A DNA stretch of 64,000 nt, from contig NC_042997.1 of NCBI RefSeq assembly GCF_006345805.1, positions 181,226,001 through 181,290,000 on the forward strand, written 5' to 3'. Origin of the DNA: Octopus sinensis. Taxonomy: Eukaryota. Made by a program: the position numbers and the translations under genes. Shown here piece after piece: positions 63,534 through 64,000 of this stretch. The notes under the pieces are model-generated. The model was not told where the DNA came from, did not search any database, and worked only from the letters and a program-made list of their open reading frames with translations. Within the stretch, counting starts at the first letter, position 1. The number at the start of each line of letters is the position of its first letter.

Positions 63534-64000
63534 TACACACACACACACACACATACACACACACACACACACACAAACAAACACACACAAATACATACAT
63601 ACGCGCACACACACATACACACACGATAGTGTAGAAACAAACGAAAATACACGCTTTCGAGATCAAATGAGTGTTAACCATGTGTCATTTAGAACTATTG
63701 TAACAACCCTGTGTGTGTGTGTGTGTGGTGTGTGTGTGTGTGTGTAAAACGGAAACTACAAGCAATACATGTACTCCATTGTTTGTTAAAAAACTCCACT
63801 CTCTGGCCTGTTTCATCAGGAGACTCCGGGAGCATCATAATGACTTCTTCGGCATCGTACGGAGTTTTTTTGACCAGGCTCCTTCTTACTCACCAGGAGC
63901 TCGTAATTGCCAACTCGACCTGTGTGTGAAACTGCAAGCCTGCAGTATCCAGGGTAACGTTGCTATTCGAGGTAGACTTCGTTAATGTACTTTAAGCATT

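Overview
AT-rich, microsatellite-dense eukaryotic DNA with no recognisable host protein-coding gene, rRNA, true tRNA or CRISPR. The repeat repertoire looks like an octopus/cephalopod genome (inference); the window is probably intergenic or part of a large intron. It holds many transposon classes. (1) A near full-length but frameshifted Tx1/L1-clade LINE (24251-30385, minus) inside a (GATA)n tract. (2) A homologous ORF1-only 'half-LINE' (11879-13757). (3) Remnants of R4-like, CRE-like, HERO/NeSL-like and RTE non-LTR elements. (4) A young non-autonomous LTR element (60570-63324) with TSD, tRNA-Trp-type PBS and PPT. (5) Four tRNA-headed SINE families, labelled A-D here. (6) Helitrons, a Helentron-type element and Tc1/mariner MITEs. 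(7) Several Penelope-type hammerhead ribozyme motifs, one fully intact and present twice. The most striking signal is that the LINE, the half-LINE and SINE family C share a 3'-terminal stem-loop directly followed by AATAAA, with compensatory stem changes. This suggests a three-member retrotransposition system recognised through a common 3' hairpin. Most ORFs in the supplied track are microsatellite artefacts. All alignments, folds and family assignments were done by eye and from memory; no searches were run.
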